Assembly (NCBI GenBank): GCA_045535075.1
Contig: JAZSKX010000018.1
Location: 96,001 to 160,000 of the forward strand
Reading direction: 5' to 3'
DNA from: Candidatus Spyradenecus sp.
GTDB taxonomy: Bacteria > Verrucomicrobiota > Verrucomicrobiia > Opitutales > UBA953
DNA length: 64,000 nt
Below, one piece after another: positions 49,144 to 58,570 of the stretch. The first letter of the stretch is position 1. Every line of letters begins with the position of its first letter. The notes under the pieces are model-generated. The model had not been told where the DNA came from. It made no database searches and saw only the letters and a list, made by a program, of their open reading frames with translations. Made by a program: the position numbers and the translations under genes.

Positions 49144-50337
49144 ATGTCATACAAAAGCTATCTTGAAACCGTAAACGCACGCCTCGCAGAAATCCGCGAA
49201 GCCGGGCTTTACAAGGAAGAACGCGTAATCGCCAGCCCGCAGGCGGCGCACATTCGCCTCGAAGACGGGCGCGAAGTCATCAATATGTGCGCAAATAATT
49301 ACCTCGGGCTCGCGGACAATCCGGACGTCATCAAAGCCGCCCACGAAGCGCTCGACAAATACGGATTCGGTTGCGCCTCCGTCCGCTTCATTTGCGGAAC
49401 GCAAACGATTCACAAACAACTCGAAGCCGCGATTTCGAAATTCCTCAAAACCGAAGACACGATTCTTTACGGCGCGTGCTTCGACGCAAACGGCGGGCTT
49501 TTCGAATGCCTCCTCAAAGAAGGCGACGCGATTATTTCCGACGAACTCAACCACGCTTCGATTATCGACGGCGTGCGCCTCTGCAAAGCGATGCGTTTCC
49601 GCTACAAAAATAACGATATGGCGGACCTCGAAGCCAAGCTTCAGGAAGCGCGCGCGGCGGGTGCGAAAAACATCATGATCTTCACGGACGGCTCGTTCTC
49701 GATGGACGGCGTTATCGCCAATCTCAAGGGAATCTGCGACCTCGCCGACAAATACGACGCGCTCGTCGGTTTTGACGAATGCCACTCCACAGGCTGCCTC
49801 GGTGCAACCGGACGCGGAACGCACGAGCACTGCGATGTCATGGATCGCGTGGACGTTATCACGGGAACGCTCGGCAAGGGCATTTCCGGCGGTTCCGGCG
49901 GTTTTACTTCGGGTAAAAAGGAAATCATCGATTTGCTCCGCCAGCAGTCCCGCCCGTATCTGTTCTCCAACTCGATTGCTCCGGCGATTGTCGGCGGCGC
50001 GCTCAAGGCGCTCGAACTGCTCGAAAACGATCCGTCGTTTGTCCAACGCATTCAGGAAAACACGAAGTTCTGGCGCGAAGGTTTGACGAAGGCAGGCTTC
50101 AATGTCGTTCCCGGCACGCACCCGGTCGTTCCCGTTATGCTCGGTGATGCACGTTTGGCGCAGGAATATTCTCGCCGCTTGCTCGAAAAAGGCATTTACG
50201 CAATCGGCTTCTTCTATCCGGTTGTTCCGAAAGGCAAGGCGCGTATCCGCACGCAAATTACGGCGGGCCACACGCGCGCGGATTTGGAAAAAGCGCTTGC
50301 GGCGTTTATCGAAGTCAAAAACGAACTCGGCGCATAA
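49144..50337 (+). CDS. kbl: Glycine C-acetyltransferase (2-amino-3-ketobutyrate CoA ligase)
   Basis: [35 protein letters not shown] and YPVVPKG.ARIR.Q. Confidence 0.93.
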   Translation: MSYKSYLETVNARLAEIREAGLYKEERVIASPQAAHIRLEDGREVINMCANNYLGLADNPDVIKAAHEALDKYGFGCASVRFICGTQTIHKQLEAAISKFLKTEDTILYGACFDANGGLFECLLKEGDAIISDELNHASIIDGVRLCKAMRFRYKNNDMADLEAKLQEARAAGAKNIMIFTDGSFSMDGVIANLKGICDLADKYDALVGFDECHSTGCLGATGRGTHEHCDVMDRVDVITGTLGKGISGGSGGFTSGKKEIIDLLRQQSRPYLFSNSIAPAIVGGALKALELLENDPSFVQRIQENTKFWREGLTKAGFNVVPGTHPVVPVMLGDARLAQEYSRRLLEKGIYAIGFFYPVVPKGKARIRTQITAGHTRADLEKALAAFIEVKNELGA

Positions 50338-50400
50338 GAAGAGAGCTTAACGATTAGAGAAAATGCGGGAACGCTTTTGATTCCCGTTCTAATCACAGAT

Positions 50401-50439
50401 AAAAAATATTCCCGTAATTTTTTGCGGGAATATTTTTTT
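50401..50439 (+). terminator. Terminator after kbl (ATTCCCG variant pair)
   Basis: AAAAAATATTCCCG-taattttttg-CGGGAATATTTTTT. Confidence 0.7.
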
Positions 50440-50481
50440 AGACAAAAAGAAAAAAGGCGCACGCTTATTTCGTACAAGACA

Positions 50482-50982
50482 ATGTCCGAAGAAACTACCG
50501 CTCAAATGGATTGGCAAACTTGGCTCAAGGCCAACGGTCGCCGCCTTTTGTTATGCGCTCAGCAGTGGACAAACTCCCTTGCCGACGCCGAAGACGTGTT
50601 GCAGGAGGCTTTTGTTCGCTATTGGAAGCACCAACGCCATTTGGGAGGAAGCCCGGAAGCACTCATTATCACTTCGATTCGTCGAGCCGCGATCGACCAA
50701 GGGCGTTCCCGCAGTCGTCGCGTTCATCGGGAAACGCAAGCCTATGAAATGGGCGAACGTTCAACGATGTTCGAATTCGGCCCCGACGAAGAAACGCAAG
50801 CCCTCGAAACGGCACTACAAAAATTGCCGCCGGAGCAACGCGAAGTCGTAGTAATGAAAATCTGGGGCGGACTCAAATTCGAAGAAATCGCCAATGAGTT
50901 AAACATCTCGCAAAACACAGCCGCCTCGCGTTATCGCTATGCGCTCGAAGGATTGCGAAAGTACATAAAAAAACAACCATGA
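50482..50982 (+). CDS. ECF RNA polymerase sigma factor
   Basis: AEDVLQEAF and LP.EQREVV.MK.WGGL.FEEIA..L.IS.NTA.SRYRY. Confidence 0.9.
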   Translation: MSEETTAQMDWQTWLKANGRRLLLCAQQWTNSLADAEDVLQEAFVRYWKHQRHLGGSPEALIITSIRRAAIDQGRSRSRRVHRETQAYEMGERSTMFEFGPDEETQALETALQKLPPEQREVVVMKIWGGLKFEEIANELNISQNTAASRYRYALEGLRKYIKKQP

Positions 50983-51578
50983 CGGAACGAGAAATCGAAG
51001 CATTTGAAAAACAACTGAAAGCTGTGCCTCTGACGCCGCTTTCAGATGCGTTTTATGCTCGCGTGGCAAAACAACTTGAGGAACCCTCCGAGGAGGCGAA
51101 GCAGACGGTTGGCACGAACTTCGACGACCTCGCGGATGTCGAAGCCGCCTTGCGTCGTCTCCGACCGCGCGCTCCGAGCGATGCATTCTTCAAAAAAATC
51201 GAAGCCGCACTGCAAACACCTTCCGACAGTGAAATCGCGTTCCCGCAAAAAACACGCGGTCGACTCATTCGCTTTCCGCGATGGCTCTCCGTTGCGGCAA
51301 CCGCCGCCTGTGCCGTGTGCGCCATAGCCGTCGGCTCACATTTCATCCGCAACGGACTCAGCATTCCCTCCCCCCATTACGAATTAGTCAGCACCGAAAA
51401 ACAACTGTGCAACGTTGAAGAACTTCCGCTTGAAACACAGGACGACGGAACCTTGGTGCGCCCGATTCGTTATATCTACGCCAACACGAAGCGTTGGCGC
51501 GATCCGCGAACGGAAAACAGCTTTATCGAATATTGTCCCTTTGAGGAAACCGTCCCGACAGTCGTCGCCGTTTATTAA
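50979..51578 (+). CDS. Putative single-TM anti-sigma factor
   Basis: Overlaps the ECF stop; cytoplasmic helices, a TM after 'LIRFPRW', then a C-terminal domain. Confidence 0.65.
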   Translation: MTEREIEAFEKQLKAVPLTPLSDAFYARVAKQLEEPSEEAKQTVGTNFDDLADVEAALRRLRPRAPSDAFFKKIEAALQTPSDSEIAFPQKTRGRLIRFPRWLSVAATAACAVCAIAVGSHFIRNGLSIPSPHYELVSTEKQLCNVEELPLETQDDGTLVRPIRYIYANTKRWRDPRTENSFIEYCPFEETVPTVVAVY

Positions 51579-51609
51579 GCAACCAAACACAGCAGAAAGG
51601 ATTCTTCGA

Positions 51610-52584
51610 ATGCGTATTTCAGAAAAATTTAAACTGATTGCCCCGTTATTGCTTTCGACAGGCATCATCCCCGCCCTTGCAGACACTCCGTCTGCGACCG
51701 AAGCCCAGCCCGCCCCGGTAAAAGTAAACGCCGCTCCGGCAGAAATTTGCAAACGCTCATTGCCCATGCTCGGCATCGCGTTCGGAAACAACGTCGATCC
51801 GAAACAGCGGGGAGATTCAAAGTTCGGGCTTCCCATTATTTACGTAAAAAAAGATTCTCCCGCAGAGAAAGCCGGCGTTCAGGTCGGCGACCTACTACTC
51901 ATGCTCGATGGGCAGAAACTCTTTTTCCCGAGCCAATTTGCGGCGCTTTTGCGAACTTACGAACCGGGAGACGAAGTTGAGATCCGATTTCTGCGAGGTA
52001 AAGAAGCATTTGACTCCAAAGTTAAACTCGATGTTCGCGACGGACACGCAATTTCCCGCTCCGCAGGGAAAGGCACCATCGCTCCCGCGACAAATGATCG
52101 CGATGATATTCGAATCGTAATCAACGGACGCGAAATTTCGCTTTCCCGCAACACCGATCTGAAAAACCGGGTGGCACTGACTTCCGACGGTATCATTATT
52201 CGCACTCAAACCGAAAACAACGAGCCGGACGATCTTCAGCGCATCGTGGAACGCTTCCGCAAAGCGATAAACCTTCCGCAACGTATTGAACGCCGCTTTT
52301 ACACCCGGGCAACCGGAACTCCGTTCATCATGACATCTTCCCGCGTATTTTCCGACAGCGAAAACACCATCGTATTCATGAGAGAAAACAACAAACGCGA
52401 GGTAACGGTACGCACGCGTACAAACGGTGAAATTTTCAGCGGTCCCTGCGCGACACAGGAAGAGATCGACGCCATTCCGGAGGATGTCATGAAAATCATT
52501 CGTAAAATGACGGTCTTACGCCCGCTTTCGGATACGGAAAAACAAGCCTCCGAAGAAAAAAACACAGACTCAGACAAAAAATAA
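51610..52584 (+). CDS. Secreted PDZ-domain protein
   Basis: Signal peptide; LGI...V.KDSPAEKAGVQVGDLL. Confidence 0.8.
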   Translation: MRISEKFKLIAPLLLSTGIIPALADTPSATEAQPAPVKVNAAPAEICKRSLPMLGIAFGNNVDPKQRGDSKFGLPIIYVKKDSPAEKAGVQVGDLLLMLDGQKLFFPSQFAALLRTYEPGDEVEIRFLRGKEAFDSKVKLDVRDGHAISRSAGKGTIAPATNDRDDIRIVINGREISLSRNTDLKNRVALTSDGIIIRTQTENNEPDDLQRIVERFRKAINLPQRIERRFYTRATGTPFIMTSSRVFSDSENTIVFMRENNKREVTVRTRTNGEIFSGPCATQEEIDAIPEDVMKIIRKMTVLRPLSDTEKQASEEKNTDSDKK

Positions 52585-52644
52585 TACGGCGAACGCTTTA
52601 ATTATGTTTTTGGGTTAGATAGAGAAGTTAGAGTTAGTAGAAAT

Positions 52645-52688
52645 AAAAAGCGGGCGGTTCCGAAAGGTGCCGCCCGCCCTCTTTTTTC
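52645..52688. terminator. Bidirectional terminator
   Basis: AAAAAGCGGGCGG...CCGCCCG..TTTTTT. Confidence 0.6.
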
Positions 52689-52696
52689 CAAACGGA

Positions 52697-53458
52697 TTAA
52701 AGCCGCGCGGGAACGCCTGCGGCAAGCATCGCCTCTTTCGCTTCACGAATCGAATACGTCCCGAAATGGAAAATCGACGCTGCAAGCACCGCACTCGCCT
52801 TCCCGATTTTTACGGCATCGACCATATGCCGGAGATTCCCCGCTCCGCCGGAAGCAATGACGGGAACGCCCACGGATTCGCTCACGCGCCGCGTCAATTC
52901 CAAATCATAGCCGGCTTTTACCCCGTCGCAATCCATGCTCGTAAGCAAAATTTCTCCGGCTCCCAACGAAACAACTTTTTTCGCCCAATCAACGACATCC
53001 ATTCCGCAAGGCGTTCGTCCCCCATGCGAATAGACCTGCCAAGTATCCGTTCCCGGATTACGGCGTGCGTCAATCGCAACCACAATGCATTGATTCCCGA
53101 AGCGCTTTGCAGAATCCGAAACAAGACTCGGATCGGCAATCGCCGCCGTATTCAACGAAACTTTGTCTGCCCCGGAATTGAGCATCGCCCGAATATCTTC
53201 AACCGTGCGCAAACCGCCGCCGACCGTAAGCGGCATAAAAACCTGATCCGCAGTGCGCTCGACAACGTCGCGCATGATATTACGCCCATCGGATGAAGCC
53301 GTGATATCAAGAAAAACAAGTTCGTCCGCGCCCTGCTTTTCATAAGCGCGCGCACAATCGACGGGATCGCCCGCATCACGGAGCGATTCAAACTGAACGC
53401 CTTTGACAACGCGCCCGGCTTTAACATCAAGACAGGGAATAATTCGAACGGAAAGCAT
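52697..53458 (-). CDS. hisF: Imidazole glycerol phosphate synthase cyclase subunit
   Basis: [28 protein letters not shown] and ASGGAG. Confidence 0.96.
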   Translation of the reverse strand: MLSVRIIPCLDVKAGRVVKGVQFESLRDAGDPVDCARAYEKQGADELVFLDITASSDGRNIMRDVVERTADQVFMPLTVGGGLRTVEDIRAMLNSGADKVSLNTAAIADPSLVSDSAKRFGNQCIVVAIDARRNPGTDTWQVYSHGGRTPCGMDVVDWAKKVVSLGAGEILLTSMDCDGVKAGYDLELTRRVSESVGVPVIASGGAGNLRHMVDAVKIGKASAVLAASIFHFGTYSIREAKEAMLAAGVPARL

Positions 53459-53546
53459 CTCGGTAATTCGGAAAAAATTTCCGCAATAATGCCTTATCCG
53501 CGTTCCCGCGAAAAGGTTTATTTCCTGCGGAAAGGAGCAAAATCGC

Positions 53547-54578
53547 TTACCGGCGCGAAACCAATTTAACGCCGCTCGCCGACTTAATCTTTGACGACAC
53601 CAGCGGGAACGCCGGATCAAGCTGGTCTTTGTCGCCCCCCAGTTTTACGGTAATTTCTCCGCCCGGAGCAATCACCGTCGCATTCCCGAAAACAAAACTC
53701 GCGCCGCCGTTCCCGCGCAACGAGGCTCCGTCGAGCAAAATCGCCGTATCATGCGGATTTTTTAAGACGACGGACATTTTATCTTTCGCGGGAACGAGCT
53801 TTGCCTGCGGATTTTTAATCTTAACGCCCGGAATCTTTGCCTTCGCCAACTCGGCAAAAGTGAATTCCGCGATGCGGCGCGCTCCCGCAGCATTCGGATG
53901 CAACCCGTCCGGCAAATACATTTCCGGATGGTTCGCCAGCGGAGAATACGCATCCATCGGAAACGCCTTTGCCTTTTTGGCAATTTTTTCAAGCAACTTT
54001 TGAGCTTCCGGACGATTTTTCGATGAGCCGTTATCGCGCGCCGGGAACGAAAATTCCGGCTTAAAAACATTACCCGGGAAAGTCGCCTTTCCATCCGGAC
54101 CGCGAAAATCCGGTGCGAGCTTTGTCCACATAAACAGAGAAACGTTTTTTCGGTTTCCGCGCCAATCGGCAATCAGGCGTTCATAGCCTTCCGTGAAAAG
54201 CTTGGGATTCCACCACGCTCCCGTGTCATTAATCCCGAGATTGCAAATGTAAATATCCGCTTCCCAATCCGTCGCGTTTTTGTGTTGCGGCTGGTCGCCG
54301 AGCCAACGCTTGCGCGGTTTCTCGCTCGGATAATCCCCGCAGGTCTTTCCGGAGTTCCCGAAATTGCGCACTTCAAAATCATCTCCGAGCAAATCGCCCA
54401 AGACTTTCGGATAATTAAACGTTTCGCGTTGCGGGATCAAATACCCGAAAGTGATGGAATCGCCAATGCAGGCAACTTTAGTCGGCTCGGCATAAAGTGC
54501 GGAAGCCGTTCCCGCAACAAAAGCGAGCGCGGGAAGAATTTTTCGGAGAAAACAGGCAAACGGATTAGCGATTTTCAT
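53547..54578 (-). CDS. Secreted SGNH/GDSL esterase
   Basis: CIGDSIT, LGIND and DGLHPN. Confidence 0.88.
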   Translation of the reverse strand: MKIANPFACFLRKILPALAFVAGTASALYAEPTKVACIGDSITFGYLIPQRETFNYPKVLGDLLGDDFEVRNFGNSGKTCGDYPSEKPRKRWLGDQPQHKNATDWEADIYICNLGINDTGAWWNPKLFTEGYERLIADWRGNRKNVSLFMWTKLAPDFRGPDGKATFPGNVFKPEFSFPARDNGSSKNRPEAQKLLEKIAKKAKAFPMDAYSPLANHPEMYLPDGLHPNAAGARRIAEFTFAELAKAKIPGVKIKNPQAKLVPAKDKMSVVLKNPHDTAILLDGASLRGNGGASFVFGNATVIAPGGEITVKLGGDKDQLDPAFPLVSSKIKSASGVKLVSRR

Positions 54579-54643
54579 AGTTCCCGCGAGTTTGTCAGCT
54601 TCGAACGGATAAAATCAAGGGAAAAGGCGTTCCTGCGGGCGCA

Positions 54644-54677
54644 AAAAAAATCCCGCTCGTTGCCAAGCGGGATTTTT
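54644..54677 (-). terminator. Terminator after rpsU and the small basic protein
   Basis: AAAAAATCCCGCT-cgttgcca-AGCGGGATTTTT. Confidence 0.75.
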
Positions 54678-54689
54678 CGGGAAAGCCGA

Positions 54690-54848
54690 TTAAGCTTCCG
54701 GACGCGTTTTCGGGAGTCCGGTCAGACGCGTGCGTTTGTCGGACCATTGTCCGCGCTTCTTGAGCAAATCAATGCGTTCGAAGCGTTTCAGAACGGTGCG
54801 GCTCGTGGAACCGGCGGCGGCGCTTTTAAAGCTGGCGTGTTGCGACAT
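54690..54848 (-). CDS. PVC-superphylum small basic protein (52 aa; not in the ORF track)
   Basis: Manual translation MSQHASFKSAAAGSTSRTVLKRFERIDLLKKRGQWSDKRTRLTGLPKTRPEA* matches the MS.H.S..R.VLKR.ER..L...G.W....GLPK pattern. AGGAAGGAG RBS upstream. Confidence 0.85.
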   Translation of the reverse strand: MSQHASFKSAAAGSTSRTVLKRFERIDLLKKRGQWSDKRTRLTGLPKTRPEA

Positions 54849-54881
54849 GTTACTATCTCTCCTTCCTGAATTTAAGTTGGA

Positions 54882-55082
54882 TTACATGTTTTCGTAGCGC
54901 TGGCGAAGCATATTGCTGAACGCCTGAGCTTTTTTCTTACGACGGCGTTCTTCGCACGGTTTTTCGAAGTAGCGCTTAGCACGAACGTCGCGAATAATGT
55001 TTTCGCGGTCGAGCTTCTTCTTCATGCGGCGAAGCGCTTTGTCCATGCTTTCACCTTTACGAATCTTGATTTCTACGGGCAT
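54882..55082 (-). CDS. rpsU: 30S ribosomal protein S21
   Basis: GES.DKALRR.KKK...R.KRYFEKP. Confidence 0.93.
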   Translation of the reverse strand: MPVEIKIRKGESMDKALRRMKKKLDRENIIRDVRAKRYFEKPCEERRRKKKAQAFSNMLRQRYENM

Positions 55083-55277
55083 TGGATTGATGTGTTTGTT
55101 TTAAAATTTATTGAAATTGGAAAATGTAAGATGTGAGCATGGATTTTTCATTCTCCCGCGTCAAACATTTTTTATCCTCAAAAATATTTTTCCGAAAAAA
55201 GAGCTTGCAAAACCCGCACAATGTCGAGATAGTTGAGCTTCATTTTTCAAAAACAACCTTTTAAAGAGAAAACTATC

Positions 55278-55508
55278 ATGTCACGAGTTTGCGCAATCAC
55301 AGGAAAACGTCCGACGAAGGGACGCAGCATCGTTCACAAAGGTCAAAGCAAGAAGAGCGGCGGGATCGGTCTCCAACTCGTCAAGCAAACGAAACGCACG
55401 TTTAAGCCGAATCTTCAACGCATCCGCGTAAAGCTTCCGAACGGTAGCATCAAGCGCCTCTGGGTTTCCGTTAAGGCCCTCAAAGCCGGACTCGTCGAAA
55501 AAGCGTAA
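55278..55508 (+). CDS. rpmB: 50S ribosomal protein L28
   Basis: MSRVCAITGK...TKRTFKPNLQ. Confidence 0.93.
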   Translation: MSRVCAITGKRPTKGRSIVHKGQSKKSGGIGLQLVKQTKRTFKPNLQRIRVKLPNGSIKRLWVSVKALKAGLVEKA

Positions 55509-55610
55509 TACGCCTTTTCCACGTCTTCCTTTCCGAAAGAATCCGTCGACGCAAAAGGTCGGCGGATTTTTTCTTTTCCCGTTCCCGCGAAAACACTAAA
55601 TTCCTTTACG

Positions 55611-56090
55611 ATGAACAAAGTCCTCAAACTGATTCTTGAAGGCGAGCAGCTTTCGACTGAGCAAATGGCTCGCATCCTCGAACTCACGCCCGCCGAAGTC
55701 GAAGCCCAAATCGCCCATCTTAAGGACGAAAAAATTTTGCTCGGATGGCGTCCGGTGCTCAATCCCGCATTTGACGAAGAAACGCGCGTTCGCGCCGTTA
55801 TCGAACTGAAGGTTTCTCCGGATGTGAGCGGCGGGTTCGACCGCGTCGCCGAGCGCATCAGCCAGTTTGACCAGGTGGAAAGTTGCTACCTGATGTCGGG
55901 CGCCTACGACCTGCTCGTCATCGTAAATGCGGATAATCTTTACAAGGTCGCCAACTTCGTCCACAACCGGCTCGCGCGCATCGCCGGCGTTTTGTCGACG
56001 GGAACGCACTTCATGCTCCGCGCGTATAAAGAATCCGGATACACAATTGCCGCACCGGAAAAACCGGAGCGCCTTGCCGTTTCACAATAG
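55611..56090 (+). CDS. Lrp/AsnC family regulator (YugG-like)
   Basis: GGFDRVAERI..F..V.SCYLMSG.YDL and T.THF.L..YK. Confidence 0.85.
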   Translation: MNKVLKLILEGEQLSTEQMARILELTPAEVEAQIAHLKDEKILLGWRPVLNPAFDEETRVRAVIELKVSPDVSGGFDRVAERISQFDQVESCYLMSGAYDLLVIVNADNLYKVANFVHNRLARIAGVLSTGTHFMLRAYKESGYTIAAPEKPERLAVSQ

Positions 56091-56202
56091 TGAACAATGA
56101 ACAGTGAATAAGGCAATGCGAGGGATTTTGCCAAGCAAAATCTTTGAAGAGATAATTATTCACTAAAAAACTTTCCCCCATTCGTTTTATACTTTTTCAA
56201 AA

Positions 56203-57366
56203 ATGAGAGATTTTCTTGCTTCTCACGTGCGCACGATGCCGAAATCCGGCATTCGAGATTTTTTCGCGATCGTTTCACAAATGAAAGACGCGGTTTCGCT
56301 CGGGATCGGCGAACCGGATTTCGTTACGCCGTTTCATATTCGCGATGCCGCTATTTCCGCGCTTGAACGCGGGCACACCAGCTACACGGACAACCGCGGC
56401 CTGATTGCGTTGCGCAAAGAAATTTCCAAATACGTCGCCGCCAATTACGGTCCGGAATACAATCCGGAAACGGAAATTATCACGACGGTCGGCGTTTCCG
56501 AAGCACTCGATGCCGTGTTGCGCGCAATTCTTAATCCGGGCGACAAAGTCATCTACCACGAGCCGTGCTACGTTTCGTATTGCCCGTCGATTAAACTTTG
56601 CCACGCGGAAGCCATCGCCGTGGAAACAAAGGCGGAAGACAAATTCGCCATCACAATCGAAGCCCTTCGCAAAGCCTGGCAACCCGGAGTAAAGGCTCTT
56701 TTGATTAATTTTCCGACGAATCCGACCGGCGGCACCGCGTCGCGGGAACTGCTCGAACAAATCGCCGAGTTCGCCATCGAAAAAGACATGCTCGTCATTT
56801 CCGACGAAATTTATTCCGAGCTGACTTTCGACGGCAACCACACGTCCATCGCCTCGATTCCGGGAATGCGGGAACGCACCGTTTTCCTGCACGGTTTTTC
56901 CAAAGCTTACGCGATGACGGGCTTCCGCGTCGGTTACGCTTGCGGTCCCGCCGACATTATCGACGGTATTTTGAAAATTCACCAATACGGCATTCTCTGT
57001 GCTCCGATTGTTTCGCAGGAAGCGGCAATTGAAGCTCTGCGCAACGGGAAAAAATCCATGCTCGAAATGCGCGAAAAATATCGGGAACGCCGCGACTTTA
57101 TCGTGCGCCGCTTCAACGAACTCGGGCTCAAATGCCACTCGCCGCGCGGCTCGTTTTACGCGTTCCCGGACATTTCTTCGACAGGGCTGAGCTCGATGGA
57201 ATTTGCCAAAGGCTTGCTCAACGCCGAGCGCGTCGCCATGGTGCCGGGAACGGCTTTCGGCGCCTGCGGCGAAGGTTTTTGCCGAGCGAGTTTCTCGACA
57301 TCCTACGCGAACATCGACGAAGCCTGTATGCGCATCGATCGCTATTTAAAAAGCTTAAAAGCGTAG
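56203..57366 (+). CDS. Class I/II PLP aminotransferase (YugH-like)
   Basis: SGIRDFF, GEPDF.TP, NPTG, SDEIY and SKAYAMTGFRVGY. Confidence 0.9.
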   Translation: MRDFLASHVRTMPKSGIRDFFAIVSQMKDAVSLGIGEPDFVTPFHIRDAAISALERGHTSYTDNRGLIALRKEISKYVAANYGPEYNPETEIITTVGVSEALDAVLRAILNPGDKVIYHEPCYVSYCPSIKLCHAEAIAVETKAEDKFAITIEALRKAWQPGVKALLINFPTNPTGGTASRELLEQIAEFAIEKDMLVISDEIYSELTFDGNHTSIASIPGMRERTVFLHGFSKAYAMTGFRVGYACGPADIIDGILKIHQYGILCAPIVSQEAAIEALRNGKKSMLEMREKYRERRDFIVRRFNELGLKCHSPRGSFYAFPDISSTGLSSMEFAKGLLNAERVAMVPGTAFGACGEGFCRASFSTSYANIDEACMRIDRYLKSLKA

Positions 57367-57379
57367 CGTTTTTCAGATT

Positions 57380-57422
57380 AAAAAAAGGCGTTCCCGTGAT
57401 TATTTCGCGGGAACGCCTTTTT
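57380..57422. terminator. Bidirectional terminator built from an inverted motif pair
   Basis: AAAAAGGCGTTCCCGTGA-ttatt-TCGCGGGAACGCCTTTTT. Confidence 0.88.
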
Positions 57423-57512
57423 ACGAATTTTGAACTTCGGGTTCAGAATTTAATTATAAAACTTCTACAGAAAACGCTGAAAAATACAGAAGCTTTTTAC
57501 TTTCTAAAAAAC

Positions 57513-57714
57513 TTAGCGGCGGCGACGCGTGCCGACAAGCGCCAAGGCGCCCAAGCCCGCGAGCAAGCCGAACGTCGACGGCTCGGGAATATAACTGAGC
57601 GTAACAACGCCGCCCTGATAATCAGCAATTTCCCAATTTTTCCAGTCATCTGACAAAATAAAACTCTCCTTTGTCAGCGTCGAGGTAACGGTTGTTTCGT
57701 CAAAAATTTTATAC
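57513..57714 (-). pseudogene. Orphan 3' fragment of a PEP-CTERM gene
   Basis: Ends YIPEPSTFGLLAGLGALALVGTRRRR. The frame begins directly at the terminator of the neighbouring PEP-CTERM gene, with no ATG or signal peptide. Confidence 0.75.
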
Positions 57715-57750
57715 AAAAAAACGTTCCCGCGACTTTCGCCACGGGAACGC
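57715..57750 (-). terminator. Terminator built from an inverted motif pair
   Basis: AAAAAAACGTTCCCGCG-actttcgc-CACGGGAACG. Confidence 0.85.
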
Positions 57751-57756
57751 TAACAC

Positions 57757-57777
57757 ATGAATTAATATATCACTAAA
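57757..57777 (-). repeat. 21-bp conserved post-stop element, copy 2
   Basis: ATGAATTAATATATCACTAAA is the reverse complement of 10096-10116. Confidence 0.85.
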
Positions 57778-57782
57778 AAAAC

Positions 57783-58475
57783 TTAGCGACGGCGGCGACG
57801 CGCACCGACAAGTGCCAACGCGCCCAAGCCCGCGAGCAAGCCGAACGTCGACGGTTCGGGAATGGCAGCAGTAATACCGTTTGCCGCGAAAGAACCAAGT
57901 TCCTTGATTGTTGTAATATGACTACCGAGTTCGATGTCATTCGCATCAAGCACAAGACCGTTAGCCTGAATAACAGATGTCGTTCCGTTAGTCATATCAA
58001 GCGTAATTGTGCTATTTGTTCCGTCGCAAAGAACAGTGATTCCCATTCCCTCAATTCCGGGAGAAGCATTTCCTCCGGTGGAATTCTTAGAAACCCAAGA
58101 ATCAAGCTTTACTCCATCGGAGGTTGTCCAAGTGAAAACGGTCCCCTCGGTCGATGTAGGAGCAACCCAGCTACGATCATTCGCCGCTGTGTTGTCCATA
58201 GCAACGTAATCTCCCGCTTGCGAGAAAACACCCCAGTCTGTAGCACTGCCTGCGCCGTCCTTGGAAAGAATCAGCACCCAGTCAGAGGTATATCCGTCCA
58301 TATCATCTGTCCCAACGGTAAGATTTAGCGTAAAAGCATCCCCGAACTGATAGTTGGTCGTCAACAGCGCTTCCGCAAGAGCGTCATTAACAGCTTTATT
58401 GGAAAGGTCCGCTTCCGCATTTGCAAGCGCGCTTCCGGCAGCAAGCAATGCCGCGAGTGCAATGTATTTTTTCAT
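57783..58475 (-). CDS. PEP-CTERM surface protein
   Basis: Signal peptide MKKYIALAALLAAGSALANA; C-terminal IPEPSTFGLLAGLGALALVGARRRRR. Confidence 0.9.
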   Translation of the reverse strand: MKKYIALAALLAAGSALANAEADLSNKAVNDALAEALLTTNYQFGDAFTLNLTVGTDDMDGYTSDWVLILSKDGAGSATDWGVFSQAGDYVAMDNTAANDRSWVAPTSTEGTVFTWTTSDGVKLDSWVSKNSTGGNASPGIEGMGITVLCDGTNSTITLDMTNGTTSVIQANGLVLDANDIELGSHITTIKELGSFAANGITAAIPEPSTFGLLAGLGALALVGARRRRR

Positions 58476-58510
58476 AATATTTTAGAGTTTCGTGTTAAAA
58501 ATGAGGCTTC

Positions 58511-58570
58511 ATTTTACCCCCCCCCTTAAAAGTCGTCAAGTTTTATTTTGAAAGCTTTTAGGCGGTGTTT
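58511..58570 (-). promoter_or_regulatory. Sigma70 promoter with a G9 tract in the spacer and an upstream conserved box
   Basis: Minus strand reads AAACACCGCCTAAAA-16 bp-TTGACG-acttttaaGGGGGGGGG (17 bp)-TAAAAT. Confidence 0.8.

Noticed and set aside
57751..57780. 21-bp element as a dif-like Xer site
   Set aside because: Only loose AT-rich resemblance; no convincing 11-6-11 dyad or TTATGTTAAAT-like arm.
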